Assembly: GCA_020724585.1 (NCBI GenBank)
Contig: DYGS01000001.1
Coordinates: 287,832-351,831 of the forward strand
Length of the DNA: 64,000 bases
Reading direction: 5' to 3'
DNA from: Candidatus Microgenomatus sp.
GTDB lineage: Bacteria > Patescibacteriota > Microgenomatia > UBA8517
Below are positions 27,598-37,516 of the stretch, piece by piece (position 1 is the first letter of the stretch; each line of letters begins with the position of its first letter). The translations under genes were made by a program, and so were the position numbers. The notes under the pieces are model-generated. The model made no database searches and was not told where the DNA came from. It worked only from the letters and a program-made list of their open reading frames with translations.

Positions 27598-28932
27598 ATG
27601 CGATTGCTTTTCCAACAAAGAAATCAATCAAATCTAAGTTGGTCTGTTATTGTTCCTACTGTCGCTTTGTTTTTTATTTTTATTTTTAACATTTTGTTAA
27701 CAATTCCAAATATTCGTTTTTGGGCTGATGATTTTTGTTCATCAGTTTTTTTAAGGAATAATGGGTATTTTGGTGCACAGGTTGCTTGGTGGAATAGTTG
27801 GACTGGAAGATATTCATATATCGCATTTCTTGATTTAGTTTTATTAAATGGTTCAGTTTTTGTAAAGCTGCTGCCAATAGTATTGCTAATATCATTTATA
27901 GTTCCATTAATTCCAGTTTTTGGTGTTATTTCTTCTCTAGTTTTTTCTTCTGTAGTTTTATTAAATTCCCCAAATATCATTCAAACTTTTTATTGGGCGA
28001 CTGGCTCACTTAATTATTATATCCCGTTTGTTTTTCTAAATTTCTTTTTATTTTTATTATTTAAAAAAGAGGTTAAATACAAAAATATACTTATATTTAT
28101 AAACTTTTTAATTGCAGGCGGTTTTTCTGAAAGTTTTGCTGTTGCTTCACTTGTATTCTTTTTCTACTTGTATATATTTTTAAGCTTTGTAAAGCATGAT
28201 AAAATTGAAAATTTTAAAAAAAATATTTTGTTTGCTGTTTTTGGGGTGGGGTCGTCTTTAGCTATAATGTATCTTTCTCCTGGGAATGAAGTTAGATCAT
28301 CTCTAGTCTCACACCCTGTAAGTATATTTAGTTGGGCAAGAGATACATTTTATTATTCAAAATGGTTTATTTTAAGTAGATTTAATATTGATTATTTTAA
28401 TGTTTCAATACTAACAATATTTTTACTTCCACTATTATTTCCTAATGCTATAGATAAAAAAATAGTTATTAAAAATAAAAACTTGATAATGCTATTTTTA
28501 CTTTCATTTATTCCTGTCATAACACTTACTGTAGTTGGTTTAACTTACTACGCATTAAACTGGGAACCACCCGAAAGAGTAATGTTTTTAGTTACAACTT
28601 ATATCTTTTATATATTTACACTATTTTCTTTTGTCTTTTGGCATAATCTCAATTTCAAATATACAAAATACTTAAGGGTGGTGTTGACAGTTTTAATTTT
28701 ACTTCTTACCTTTTATGTTAATAAATATTTTTTGATAAATAAGCGTGAGATAGCGGAATATGCTTTAAAATGGGATATTATAGAAAACAAAATTCTAACC
28801 TCAAACAAAAAAGATATTGAGGTTCAGTATATTAAGCCGGTAGGTAAATTAGATGGTTTTGTTGAAAACAAAGGCTGGGTTTTGGGCTGTATAAAGGGTT
28901 ACTATAATTTGGACAGTCTACGAGTTAAGTAA
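27598..28932 (+). CDS. Polytopic membrane protein (hypothetical, possibly GT-C-like or polymerase-like)
   Basis: 444-aa ORF, highly hydrophobic. Confidence 0.45.
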   Translation: MRLLFQQRNQSNLSWSVIVPTVALFFIFIFNILLTIPNIRFWADDFCSSVFLRNNGYFGAQVAWWNSWTGRYSYIAFLDLVLLNGSVFVKLLPIVLLISFIVPLIPVFGVISSLVFSSVVLLNSPNIIQTFYWATGSLNYYIPFVFLNFFLFLLFKKEVKYKNILIFINFLIAGGFSESFAVASLVFFFYLYIFLSFVKHDKIENFKKNILFAVFGVGSSLAIMYLSPGNEVRSSLVSHPVSIFSWARDTFYYSKWFILSRFNIDYFNVSILTIFLLPLLFPNAIDKKIVIKNKNLIMLFLLSFIPVITLTVVGLTYYALNWEPPERVMFLVTTYIFYIFTLFSFVFWHNLNFKYTKYLRVVLTVLILLLTFYVNKYFLINKREIAEYALKWDIIENKILTSNKKDIEVQYIKPVGKLDGFVENKGWVLGCIKGYYNLDSLRVK

Positions 28933-28940
28933 ATAATTAG

Positions 28941-28970
28941 GCAATATTTGGCAATATTTGGTAACATTAA
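28941..28970. repeat. Tandem 10-bp repeat GCAATATTTG x2 plus a degenerate third copy, just upstream of wzx
   Basis: Read from the sequence (28941..28950 is identical to 28951..28960). Confidence 0.6.
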
Positions 28971-28980
28971 TGTATAAGCA

Positions 28981-30261
28981 ATGCAAAATATCATCGCAAG
29001 AGGCAAATCTATTATTCTTTCTGCAACGGCCAAAGATACTTATATTTTATTTTTGGGCAATTTAAATTCGGCGTTTCTGGGATTTCTGTTTACTTTTTTT
29101 GTTGCTAGGAATTTAGGTCGTGACGAATTTGGTATTTTTTCTGCTGCTCTAAACCTGGTGGTCATATTAACATCTCTTTCTGATCTTGGGATAACTTCGG
29201 CTCTTGTTAATTTCATTGCTAAAGCTGATTCAGAGAACGATGAGTCAACATCTTTAAAATACCAAAAGGCGGGTGTGATTATTAAGTTTGGAGTCACGAT
29301 TTTTCTTTCAGCTCTTGTAATTCTTTTTGCCCCACTCATATCAGATAAACTTCTAGCAACAAGCGATTATATGGTTGCTGTCTGGGTATCTATTATTTCA
29401 TTCGCTCTTTTTGTTCCTATGTATTTTTCTTATGTTTTGCAGGCAAAAAAGAAATTTTTTCAGTCGATGGTTGTTGATAACATTTATTATTTATTTAGGC
29501 TTTTAGGTTTACTTATTTTAATTTATTACGGCAATTTAACTCTTTTTGGCTCATTTTCAACAGCTATTTATGGGTTTATGGCAAGTCTTATTTTTAGTTT
29601 TTATTTTTTAGGTTTTAAATTTTTAGGACAGAAAGTTCCCGGCGGAATCTATTTTAATTTAATTAAATTTTCCGGTTGGATTGGGGTAAATAGAATAATC
29701 TCAGCCATTTCAGGCAGACTTGATATACAAATGTTGGCTGTACTAACAACAGCCTCAACGACCGCTTTATATTCAATACCCGCAAGACTTGCCTCGTTTA
29801 TAGTTATATTAACTTCAAGTTTTTCTTCTGTTTTAGCACCAAGGTTTGCAAGCTTTGGAGACAAAACTCAAGAAAAAAAATATTTAGTAAAATCCACTTT
29901 GGCATTAATACCGATTATTATTGTTACTGTAATTTGGGTCATCTTAGCAAAGCCGTTTATGGCAATTGTATTTCCTAATTATTTGGATTCAGTACCAGTA
30001 TTTCAGGCTTTAACGCTTTCAATGATTCCGTTTATTTTAACAGCACCATCTGTTGCCGCAATTATATATGCTATGGGGAAAAATGTTTATATTGGGTTAT
30101 TTAGTTTTTTTCAGTTGGCCGCAATATTTTTGCTCAACAGTTATTTCATCCCTAAATATGGTGCAATTGGGCCAACTATAACTTATGCTATAACAAATGC
30201 AATACTTGCACTTTATACCTGGGTCATTGTGATTAAGTATTATTGGTTTTCAAAAAAATAA
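28981..30261 (+). CDS. wzx: Oligosaccharide flippase (Wzx/MOP superfamily, polysaccharide biosynthesis protein)
   Basis: About 12 TM helices; N-terminus 'SAFLGFLFTFFVARNLGRDEFGIFSAALNLV' typical of Wzx. Confidence 0.65.
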   Translation: MQNIIARGKSIILSATAKDTYILFLGNLNSAFLGFLFTFFVARNLGRDEFGIFSAALNLVVILTSLSDLGITSALVNFIAKADSENDESTSLKYQKAGVIIKFGVTIFLSALVILFAPLISDKLLATSDYMVAVWVSIISFALFVPMYFSYVLQAKKKFFQSMVVDNIYYLFRLLGLLILIYYGNLTLFGSFSTAIYGFMASLIFSFYFLGFKFLGQKVPGGIYFNLIKFSGWIGVNRIISAISGRLDIQMLAVLTTASTTALYSIPARLASFIVILTSSFSSVLAPRFASFGDKTQEKKYLVKSTLALIPIIIVTVIWVILAKPFMAIVFPNYLDSVPVFQALTLSMIPFILTAPSVAAIIYAMGKNVYIGLFSFFQLAAIFLLNSYFIPKYGAIGPTITYAITNAILALYTWVIVIKYYWFSKK

Positions 30262-32018
30262 TTCTTAAGCCATAGTTCCAACATTAATATATTCCATTTT
30301 TTTCTATTGTCACTAAAGTCAATATTTTCCAAGTTTATATATCTATTGATCCTAGAATTTTTGTTAATTTTACTTTTGAAATATTTTGCTAAATCTCCTT
30401 TAAACCAATCTTCGAGCGATATTGTAAACCCCATTTTTTCTCTATATAAATTTTCCCTAGGTACAATTCTTTCCAATGCCTTTTTAAATATGTATTTTGA
30501 TTCACCATCTTTTATTTTTAAGTCAAATGGTATTTTGTTGGCCAGTTCAATCATGTTTTGGTCTAAGATTGGTGATCTTGCTTCAAGTGAGTAGTGCATC
30601 GAGGCGATATCCATTTTGGTTAAAAGAAGGTCAGGTAAAAAGTACTGTTGATCAAATTTTAAGCCAGCATCTTTTAAATCCGTGCCTTCAAATTTCTTAA
30701 ATACTTTTTTCTCAAGAGCATAATCATTGGTTTCAAAAATCCTATTATATGAGGCAAATTTTTGATAGATGGGCTTTTTTGATTTTTCTATAAAATTATC
30801 GATTTTTATAACGCCTGTTTTAAATGGAAATTTATTTATAACATTAATTAAAAAGTTATAGTCAACATCCCTTCTAAGTCTTAAGTATCTATTAGGATAT
30901 CCCGCAAACAATTCATCTCCACCATCGCCATTTAATACAACTTTGACATGTTTAGCTGCTTCGCGGCATACCATAAATGAAACAAGACCGCTATTATCAG
31001 AAAATGGTTCTTCGTAAGCTGCTGCAATTTCTTCTAAATTTGTAAAATTGTTAGGTTTTGCGAGTATCTCAGTATGATCAGTTTTATATCTTTTAACTAT
31101 TAGATTGGCATATTTTTCTTCACTCCACCTTTTATTTTCATACTTAATAGTAAATGTTTTAATTTTAGATCTAGAGTTTAAGGCCATCATTGCAACAACT
31201 GCACTGCTATCTACTCCACCTGAAAGAAAAGCGCCAAGAGGTACATCTGAAATCATTCTTAATTTGGTAGATTCTTCCAAAGTTTCGAGTATTTTTTGAG
31301 ACCACTGCTTTTCACTTAAATCTAATTTTTCTTTGAAATTAACTTCCCAGTACTTTTTTTTAACAAACTCTTTCCTTTTGATATTAATTTTAATAAAATG
31401 GCCTGGTTCGAGTTTTTTGATGTTTTTAAAACCAGTTAAAGAAGCTGGAACATAGCCATACAATAAATATTTTTGAATGGCAATTAAGTCCGGCTCTTTT
31501 TTAATTTCTCTTTGAGTTAAGATTGCCTTAAGTTCTGATGCAAATATAAAGACATTACTATCAAAATAATATTTCAGAGGCTTTTTACCTATTCTGTCTC
31601 GAGCAAGAAATATGGTTTGGTCGTGATTATCATATATTGCAAATGCAAACATGCCGCGAAGATATTTGAGACAGCCCTCTTTATATTTTGAATAAAGCGC
31701 GAGTATTACTTCAGTATCGGTTTTAGATTTAAATTTGTAACCCTCAATTAAAAGTGAATTTCTTAGTTCTTGAAAATTATATATTTCCCCATTAAAGATT
31801 ATTATGTACCTATTTAAATAGGACATCGGTTGATGACCCTTTTTTGAAAGATCTATAATTGAAAGCCTATTATGTCCAAATCCAACATTTCTCTCTTCAT
31901 TTATATAATAACCAGTATCATCTGGCCCACGATGGTTAATTTTTAAGGTCATTAAACTTAGTTGATGCCTAGTAACTTCTCTTTTATCAAAATAAACCTT
32001 GCCCGATATCCCACACAT
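30240..32018 (-). CDS. asnB: Asparagine synthetase B-type glutamine amidotransferase (AsnB/WbpS-like)
   Basis: N-terminal 'MCGISG' Ntn Cys and the 'SGGVDSS' PP-loop. Its 3' end overlaps wzx convergently by 22 nt. Confidence 0.8.
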   Translation of the reverse strand: MCGISGKVYFDKREVTRHQLSLMTLKINHRGPDDTGYYINEERNVGFGHNRLSIIDLSKKGHQPMSYLNRYIIIFNGEIYNFQELRNSLLIEGYKFKSKTDTEVILALYSKYKEGCLKYLRGMFAFAIYDNHDQTIFLARDRIGKKPLKYYFDSNVFIFASELKAILTQREIKKEPDLIAIQKYLLYGYVPASLTGFKNIKKLEPGHFIKINIKRKEFVKKKYWEVNFKEKLDLSEKQWSQKILETLEESTKLRMISDVPLGAFLSGGVDSSAVVAMMALNSRSKIKTFTIKYENKRWSEEKYANLIVKRYKTDHTEILAKPNNFTNLEEIAAAYEEPFSDNSGLVSFMVCREAAKHVKVVLNGDGGDELFAGYPNRYLRLRRDVDYNFLINVINKFPFKTGVIKIDNFIEKSKKPIYQKFASYNRIFETNDYALEKKVFKKFEGTDLKDAGLKFDQQYFLPDLLLTKMDIASMHYSLEARSPILDQNMIELANKIPFDLKIKDGESKYIFKKALERIVPRENLYREKMGFTISLEDWFKGDLAKYFKSKINKNSRINRYINLENIDFSDNRKKWNILMLELWLKNYFFENQ

Positions 32019-32058
32019 ATAAGTGTAATTTTAATCAATTTGGGCTAAAATTAAATAG

Positions 32059-32886
32059 ATGAAAATTTGGGCACATACACTTTTTAAGAATGAGGAGAGA
32101 TGGTTGTGGTTTGCAGTTACTTCCGTTATTGATTCAGTCGATAAAATTTTGCTTTGGGACACAGGATCAACTGATAGATCTTGGGAAATAGCAAAAGAGT
32201 TAAAGTCTAAGTATAAGGACAAGATTGATATTAAATGTTATGGAGATACAACACCTGAAACTTTTCCAAAAGTTCGCCAAGCAATGCTTGATGCAACTAA
32301 GGCTGACTGGTTTATTGTTGTTGATGCGGATGAAATATGGTGGGATGACTCAATTAGAAATTTAGTATCAAGTATTAAGAATGAAAAGCAGGCAGAAGCA
32401 TTTGTGGTACCAAATTACAATGTAGTAGGCGATATTTTTCATTATTTACCTCAATCTGCAGGTAATTACAGATTTGGTAGTAAAAAAGGCAATTATGCCT
32501 TAAGAGCTGTTAAGGTAATTGATGGATTAAAGTCTGTGGGGCAGCATGGCGTATGGGGCTGGGCAGATTCTGATGGCAAACAAATACAAGAGAGAAACAC
32601 TTTTAAATTTATTGACGCGCCCTATATTCATACAACTTTTTTACCAAGAGGGGAGAGTAGAGAATTTGATTTATTAGTCCCTAAAAGGTCAAAAAAATTA
32701 AAATATGAAATTGGAATCAAGTTCCCAAGGGATTTTTATTATCCAGAAAGTTTTTTTAAAAGTCGACCTGATTTTATACTATCTCCCTGGCAGACGATGA
32801 CAAATAGTTACAGACTAAAAGCATATATTCAAACACCAATCAAAAAAATGAAAAGAAGATTTGTTAAAAACAAAATAGGGTATTAA
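32059..32886 (+). CDS. GT2-like glycosyltransferase (GT-A fold)
   Basis: 'LFKNEERWLWFAV...DTGSTDRS...VVDADEIW'. Confidence 0.55.
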   Translation: MKIWAHTLFKNEERWLWFAVTSVIDSVDKILLWDTGSTDRSWEIAKELKSKYKDKIDIKCYGDTTPETFPKVRQAMLDATKADWFIVVDADEIWWDDSIRNLVSSIKNEKQAEAFVVPNYNVVGDIFHYLPQSAGNYRFGSKKGNYALRAVKVIDGLKSVGQHGVWGWADSDGKQIQERNTFKFIDAPYIHTTFLPRGESREFDLLVPKRSKKLKYEIGIKFPRDFYYPESFFKSRPDFILSPWQTMTNSYRLKAYIQTPIKKMKRRFVKNKIGY

Positions 32887-32891
32887 AAACT

Positions 32892-35381
32892 ATGAATATA
32901 AATAAATATTTTGCAATAGGGTTGATAGACCGTGATATTCCTTCCCTGAGGGCGAAATTTGGTTTTAACCAAATTGAGAGACAAAATAGGTTTTTTTTAA
33001 TTAAGTCTTTTTTGAGTCAATTTAATAATTTTCTGGTAATTTTATTGATTGCCGCCGCAATTATTTCTTTGTTGGTTGGAGAAAAATTAGATTCAATTTT
33101 TATATTTTTAGTAGTTTTACTAAATGCTTTTTTTGGTCTTTTTCAAGAATACAAAGCGGAAAAATCAATTGCACTTTTGTCGCAAATGGCTACTACCAAA
33201 GTAAGAGTTGTAAGAAACGGAAAAGAGGAGGAAGTTGATAGCCGCGAGCTTTTGCCAAGCGACATAGTTTATCTTGAGGAAGGATCAAAAATTCCCGCCG
33301 ATTGCGTTGTTTTGGAATCGAAAAATCTTGAGGTTAATGAGGCATCGTTAACGGGTGAATCTTTACCTGTTTTTAAGCGCGAGGGCGATGAGAAGAATAG
33401 CCTGCTTTTTATGGGTACTGTAGTTGCACAAGGTCGTTGTTTTGCGAAAGTTATTTCAATTGGAGTAGATACCAAGTTTGGGCGAGTTGCAAGAACATTA
33501 TCTCAAATCAAAGAGGTAAAAACTCCATTGCAGATAAAACTTGAGAAATTAACAAAAGTTATAGCAATAATTGGCATTGGGGCATCAACAATTGTTTTTG
33601 GCCTTTCTTTTATCAGTGACAAAAGCGCTATTGAGAGTTTTATATTTGCAGTAAGCTTAGCTGTTGCGGCTGTCCCCGAAGGACTTCCTGCAGTTATGAC
33701 AATTATTCTCTCAATTGGGGTTGAAAAAATGGCCAAAAAAGGCGCAATCGTTAGAAAATTAACAGCAATTGAGACATTTGGTTCGTTGACCCTAATTGCA
33801 ACGGACAAGACGGGAACACTGACCACAAATAGAATGCGGGTTAAAAATATTAAAACTTATGGAGCCGCATCAAAATCTTTGATTTATTTAAATAGCGCCG
33901 TTTGTTCAACCGCGTCACTGGTTAAAAAACACGACCACAATGATTATGATGTGATTGGTGACACAACCGAAGGATCGCTTTTGGTGTTTGCAAAGGAAAA
34001 AAAGGTTGATTACGAAAGTTTACGGCAAAAGTGGAAGCTTAAAAGCGAAATTCCATTTAGCCCTATTACAAAAAGAATGACAGTTTTAGTAAGTGACGGC
34101 AGAAGAGATTTTGTCTTTTCAAAAGGAGCTCCCGAATCAATCCTTTCTATATGCAAGTTTGTGCAAATGGGGACAAAAAAAGTCAGACTTACGACTACTA
34201 GAATTGCTGATATTAAAAAATCTCTTGATCAATATGCGATGCAGGGTTTGCGCGTAATCGGCTTTTCGTATAAAAGTAACTCTTTCAAAAATCTTGAAAA
34301 AGACCAAACTTTTTTGGGATTTGTGGGGATAACCGATCCTATAAGACCCGAGGTGTTTTCTGCGGTATCCGATGCTAAAAAAGCGGGAATTAGAGTGGTT
34401 ATGATAACAGGTGATAACGAACTAACAGCAAAAATGGTGGGTGTAGAAACTGGAATAGCTACTCGGGATGATAGTGTAATAACTGGTAAAGAGTTAACAG
34501 AATTGACCGATGAAGAATTATTAAAAATAATTGGTGAAGTGAAAATATTTGCCCGAACAACTCCCGAGGACAAATATAGACTTGTAAAGCTCTATCAGAG
34601 TTTAGGTGAGGTAGTTGCTGTTACTGGTGATGGGGTTAATGATGCACTGGCTTTAAAACAGGCAAATGTTGGAGTGGCTATGGGGTTAACGGGCACTGAT
34701 GTTGCCAAAGATACTGCGCACATAATTATAACAGATGATAACTTTGCAACGCTGGTTCACGCAATTGAAATGGGCCGAAACATCTATAAAAACATCAAAA
34801 ATGCCATAAAATATTTACTGACTTGTAATGTTGGTGAAGTCGTTTATATTATTTTTGCACTACTTTTTAAACTTCCGATTTTAGCTCCGCTTCAGCTTCT
34901 ATATATGAATTTGATAACGGACGGTTTGCCCGCAATCTCTCTTGCTTTTTCTCCCCACACGAGAGAGGTATTAAATGAAAAACCGCAAAAAGATTTAAAT
35001 ATTTTAGGTAAAAAAGATTTTAAATATATTTTTGGAGTGGGTTTATTAACAGTTGTCATGTCGATAATACCGATCTTTGCAGAAAAGGCCTTAACTGTTA
35101 TTTTTACAACAATGATGTTTATACAGCACTTTATATTGGTTCATCTCTATGCTCCCGAAAAAAGCGTTTTTAAAAATTTTAAAATATTTACCCATCCTGT
35201 TTTTCTTATTGCCTTTATTTTGCCATTTATTTTGCATCCGTTTTTGATTTATTTGCCGGTTTTAAGGGATGTTTTTGAGGTTGAAAGAATAAATTTTAGC
35301 AAACTTATCTTGATTTCTATATATTCGGCGATTTCACTTATAATAATTAAGTATTTGTACAGAAAGGAACATGTTTATTAA
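32892..35381 (+). CDS. P-type cation-transporting ATPase (P2 type, Ca2+-ATPase-like)
   Basis: 'IATDKTGTLT' phosphorylation motif, 'TGDGVNDALALKQANVGVAMG' hinge, TGES-like 'LTGES'. Confidence 0.85.
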   Translation: MNINKYFAIGLIDRDIPSLRAKFGFNQIERQNRFFLIKSFLSQFNNFLVILLIAAAIISLLVGEKLDSIFIFLVVLLNAFFGLFQEYKAEKSIALLSQMATTKVRVVRNGKEEEVDSRELLPSDIVYLEEGSKIPADCVVLESKNLEVNEASLTGESLPVFKREGDEKNSLLFMGTVVAQGRCFAKVISIGVDTKFGRVARTLSQIKEVKTPLQIKLEKLTKVIAIIGIGASTIVFGLSFISDKSAIESFIFAVSLAVAAVPEGLPAVMTIILSIGVEKMAKKGAIVRKLTAIETFGSLTLIATDKTGTLTTNRMRVKNIKTYGAASKSLIYLNSAVCSTASLVKKHDHNDYDVIGDTTEGSLLVFAKEKKVDYESLRQKWKLKSEIPFSPITKRMTVLVSDGRRDFVFSKGAPESILSICKFVQMGTKKVRLTTTRIADIKKSLDQYAMQGLRVIGFSYKSNSFKNLEKDQTFLGFVGITDPIRPEVFSAVSDAKKAGIRVVMITGDNELTAKMVGVETGIATRDDSVITGKELTELTDEELLKIIGEVKIFARTTPEDKYRLVKLYQSLGEVVAVTGDGVNDALALKQANVGVAMGLTGTDVAKDTAHIIITDDNFATLVHAIEMGRNIYKNIKNAIKYLLTCNVGEVVYIIFALLFKLPILAPLQLLYMNLITDGLPAISLAFSPHTREVLNEKPQKDLNILGKKDFKYIFGVGLLTVVMSIIPIFAEKALTVIFTTMMFIQHFILVHLYAPEKSVFKNFKIFTHPVFLIAFILPFILHPFLIYLPVLRDVFEVERINFSKLILISIYSAISLIIIKYLYRKEHVY

Positions 35382-36600
35382 TTTTACAGCTTGGCCCGAA
35401 ATGCTTGCCTGGCCTTATTTAATGTTAAATGGTTTTTTACCATATAGAGATATTGCTATTGCACATAATCCACTGCTTCTATTCGATTTAGCCATATTTT
35501 TTAAATTATTTGGAATTGGCGTAGTTCAACTTAAAATTTATACATGGATTTTAATTTTATTAAATTTATATCTTACTTATTTTGTAGCTAATAAGTTCTG
35601 GAACAAAAAAATAGCTATTCTATCTACTATATTCTATATACTATATACTATTATCTTTGAAGGTAATGGTTTATGGTTTGATTTAGCATTGACTCCATTT
35701 GCGCTACTACTATTTTATTTTGTCAGAACGAAAAATTATTTATGGGCGGGCATTATATTTGCGTTAGGATTTTTAACCAAGCAAACATTTATATATTTTG
35801 CGATTCCTATTGGAATCACAACAGTACAGAGTACAAAGTACATAGTACAGAGACTAAAACAACTTGTTTTTGGTGCTGGAATAATATTTTTATTTTCTGC
35901 AATTACTCTTTATATACTTGGTATTTTGGATGATTATTATAGTTGGGCAGTAAAGTTTGGAATATTATATTTACCTAGTGCAGTTGGGCAAATTAGTTTA
36001 CCCAGTTTAAAGCAATTTTTGTTTGCCATGTCTCCATTTTTGATATCAGTACTTAGTACAGAGTACTTAGTACTAAGTTTTATGATCGCTGGGATGCTGG
36101 GAGTTTATCCTAGATGGGAATTATTTCATTTTCAACCCGCACTACCATTTCTGGCTATAACACTATCAAGTTTTATTTTTTCAAAAAGAAACATCGTTTT
36201 AAAGGTTACATTTATCTTTTTAGCATTTGTATTTTTAGCATTCGGATTTAAGAGGCAAATTGGTAATAATACGCGTTTTTATGAAGAAGATGTAATTAAA
36301 ATAACTCAAAAAATCAAAGATTCAAAAACTGAAAGTTTATATGTTATTAATTATTGGGATAGTTTATATGCATTAACGGATACTTTGCCATCAAAACCAC
36401 TGATTCCTTACATCCCGTGGTATTTGAACTATAATGATAATTTGGAATTAGTAATTAATAATTTAATAATTAATATGCCAGAGGTAATTGTAATTGGAGA
36501 AAGACAAAACAACTATCCTAAACTGTATAATTTTGTAGATAAATTTTATAGCTGTAGCATAGTTACAAAAAGAGTTGAAATTTGTTACAAAAATAATTAA
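35371..36600 (+). CDS. Polytopic membrane protein (hypothetical, GT-C-like)
   Basis: AAAGGAAC RBS; 409 aa, hydrophobic throughout. Confidence 0.5.
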   Translation: MFINFTAWPEMLAWPYLMLNGFLPYRDIAIAHNPLLLFDLAIFFKLFGIGVVQLKIYTWILILLNLYLTYFVANKFWNKKIAILSTIFYILYTIIFEGNGLWFDLALTPFALLLFYFVRTKNYLWAGIIFALGFLTKQTFIYFAIPIGITTVQSTKYIVQRLKQLVFGAGIIFLFSAITLYILGILDDYYSWAVKFGILYLPSAVGQISLPSLKQFLFAMSPFLISVLSTEYLVLSFMIAGMLGVYPRWELFHFQPALPFLAITLSSFIFSKRNIVLKVTFIFLAFVFLAFGFKRQIGNNTRFYEEDVIKITQKIKDSKTESLYVINYWDSLYALTDTLPSKPLIPYIPWYLNYNDNLELVINNLIINMPEVIVIGERQNNYPKLYNFVDKFYSCSIVTKRVEICYKNN

Positions 36601-36604
36601 ACAT

Positions 36605-37516
36605 ATGAAAATCGCCATAATTAATAAATATCAAGGAAAAGTAAATAGAGGCGCAGAAACTTTTGTCAATGAACTTTCCAAAAGATTATCAAAAAAACAT
36701 GAAGTGGATGTTTTAAATGAAATAAATTTATTTAAAAGATACGATGTGATAATCCCTACGAATGGTAGACTGCAAGTTTTTTTGGTTAGAATTTTGACAT
36801 GGATTACAAAATCAAAAATGATAGTTTCGGGTCAATCGGGAATCGGTCTGGATGATAGATTAAATTTATATGCATTTCCAAATTATTTTATTCCACTAAC
36901 AAACTATGCAAAAAAATGGGCAGATAAAATAAACCCATTTGTGAGAAAAGTAGTAATTCCGAATGGTGTAGATTTACAGAAGTTTACCTTTAAGGGTGTA
37001 ACCCTTAAAGGTGGTCGTACAATATTAGCTGTCGGGGCGTTTACTAAAGATAAGAGGCATGATTTGACTATTAAAGCGATATCCAAACTTAGCGGGGTAA
37101 AACTTATTATTGCAGGCGGTGGTGGTGATTTAAAACAACAGATTTATGATTTGGGACTAGAGTGTTTAGGAGAAGATAGGTTTAAAATTATTCAAACAAC
37201 GCAAGATAAAATGCCTGAAATATACAAAAAGGCAGATTTATTTGTATATCCCACAGTTGCCTGGGAATCGTTTGGAATTGCAATGGTTGAAGCAATGGCC
37301 ACAAATCTTCCTGTTGTTGCAACAGATGATCCAATAAGAAGGGAAATTGTTGGTAATGCAGGACTATTTGTTGATCCAACAGATACAGAAGCATATGCAA
37401 AAGCAATTGAAAAAGCATTAAACACAAATTGGGGAGACAAACCCAGAAAACAGGCTGAGAAATTTAGTTGGGATAAAATAGCAGAACAATATGAAAAATT
37501 ATTTAGTACTCTTTAG
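36605..37516 (+). CDS. Glycosyltransferase family 4
   Basis: 'ESFGIAMVEAMATNLPVVATDDPIRREIVGNAGLFVDP'. ATG at 36605 (the track start 36575 is TTG). Confidence 0.7.
   Translation: MKIAIINKYQGKVNRGAETFVNELSKRLSKKHEVDVLNEINLFKRYDVIIPTNGRLQVFLVRILTWITKSKMIVSGQSGIGLDDRLNLYAFPNYFIPLTNYAKKWADKINPFVRKVVIPNGVDLQKFTFKGVTLKGGRTILAVGAFTKDKRHDLTIKAISKLSGVKLIIAGGGGDLKQQIYDLGLECLGEDRFKIIQTTQDKMPEIYKKADLFVYPTVAWESFGIAMVEAMATNLPVVATDDPIRREIVGNAGLFVDPTDTEAYAKAIEKALNTNWGDKPRKQAEKFSWDKIAEQYEKLFSTL

Noticed and set aside
28941-28970. CRISPR array check: short tandem repeats here and at 38860..38890 and 7830..7870
   Set aside because: Repeat units are 8–11 bp, directly tandem with no spacers. Two of the three sites lie inside coding sequence (low-complexity K/Q/T-rich peptide segments). 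There is no CRISPR-like repeat-spacer architecture anywhere in the window.
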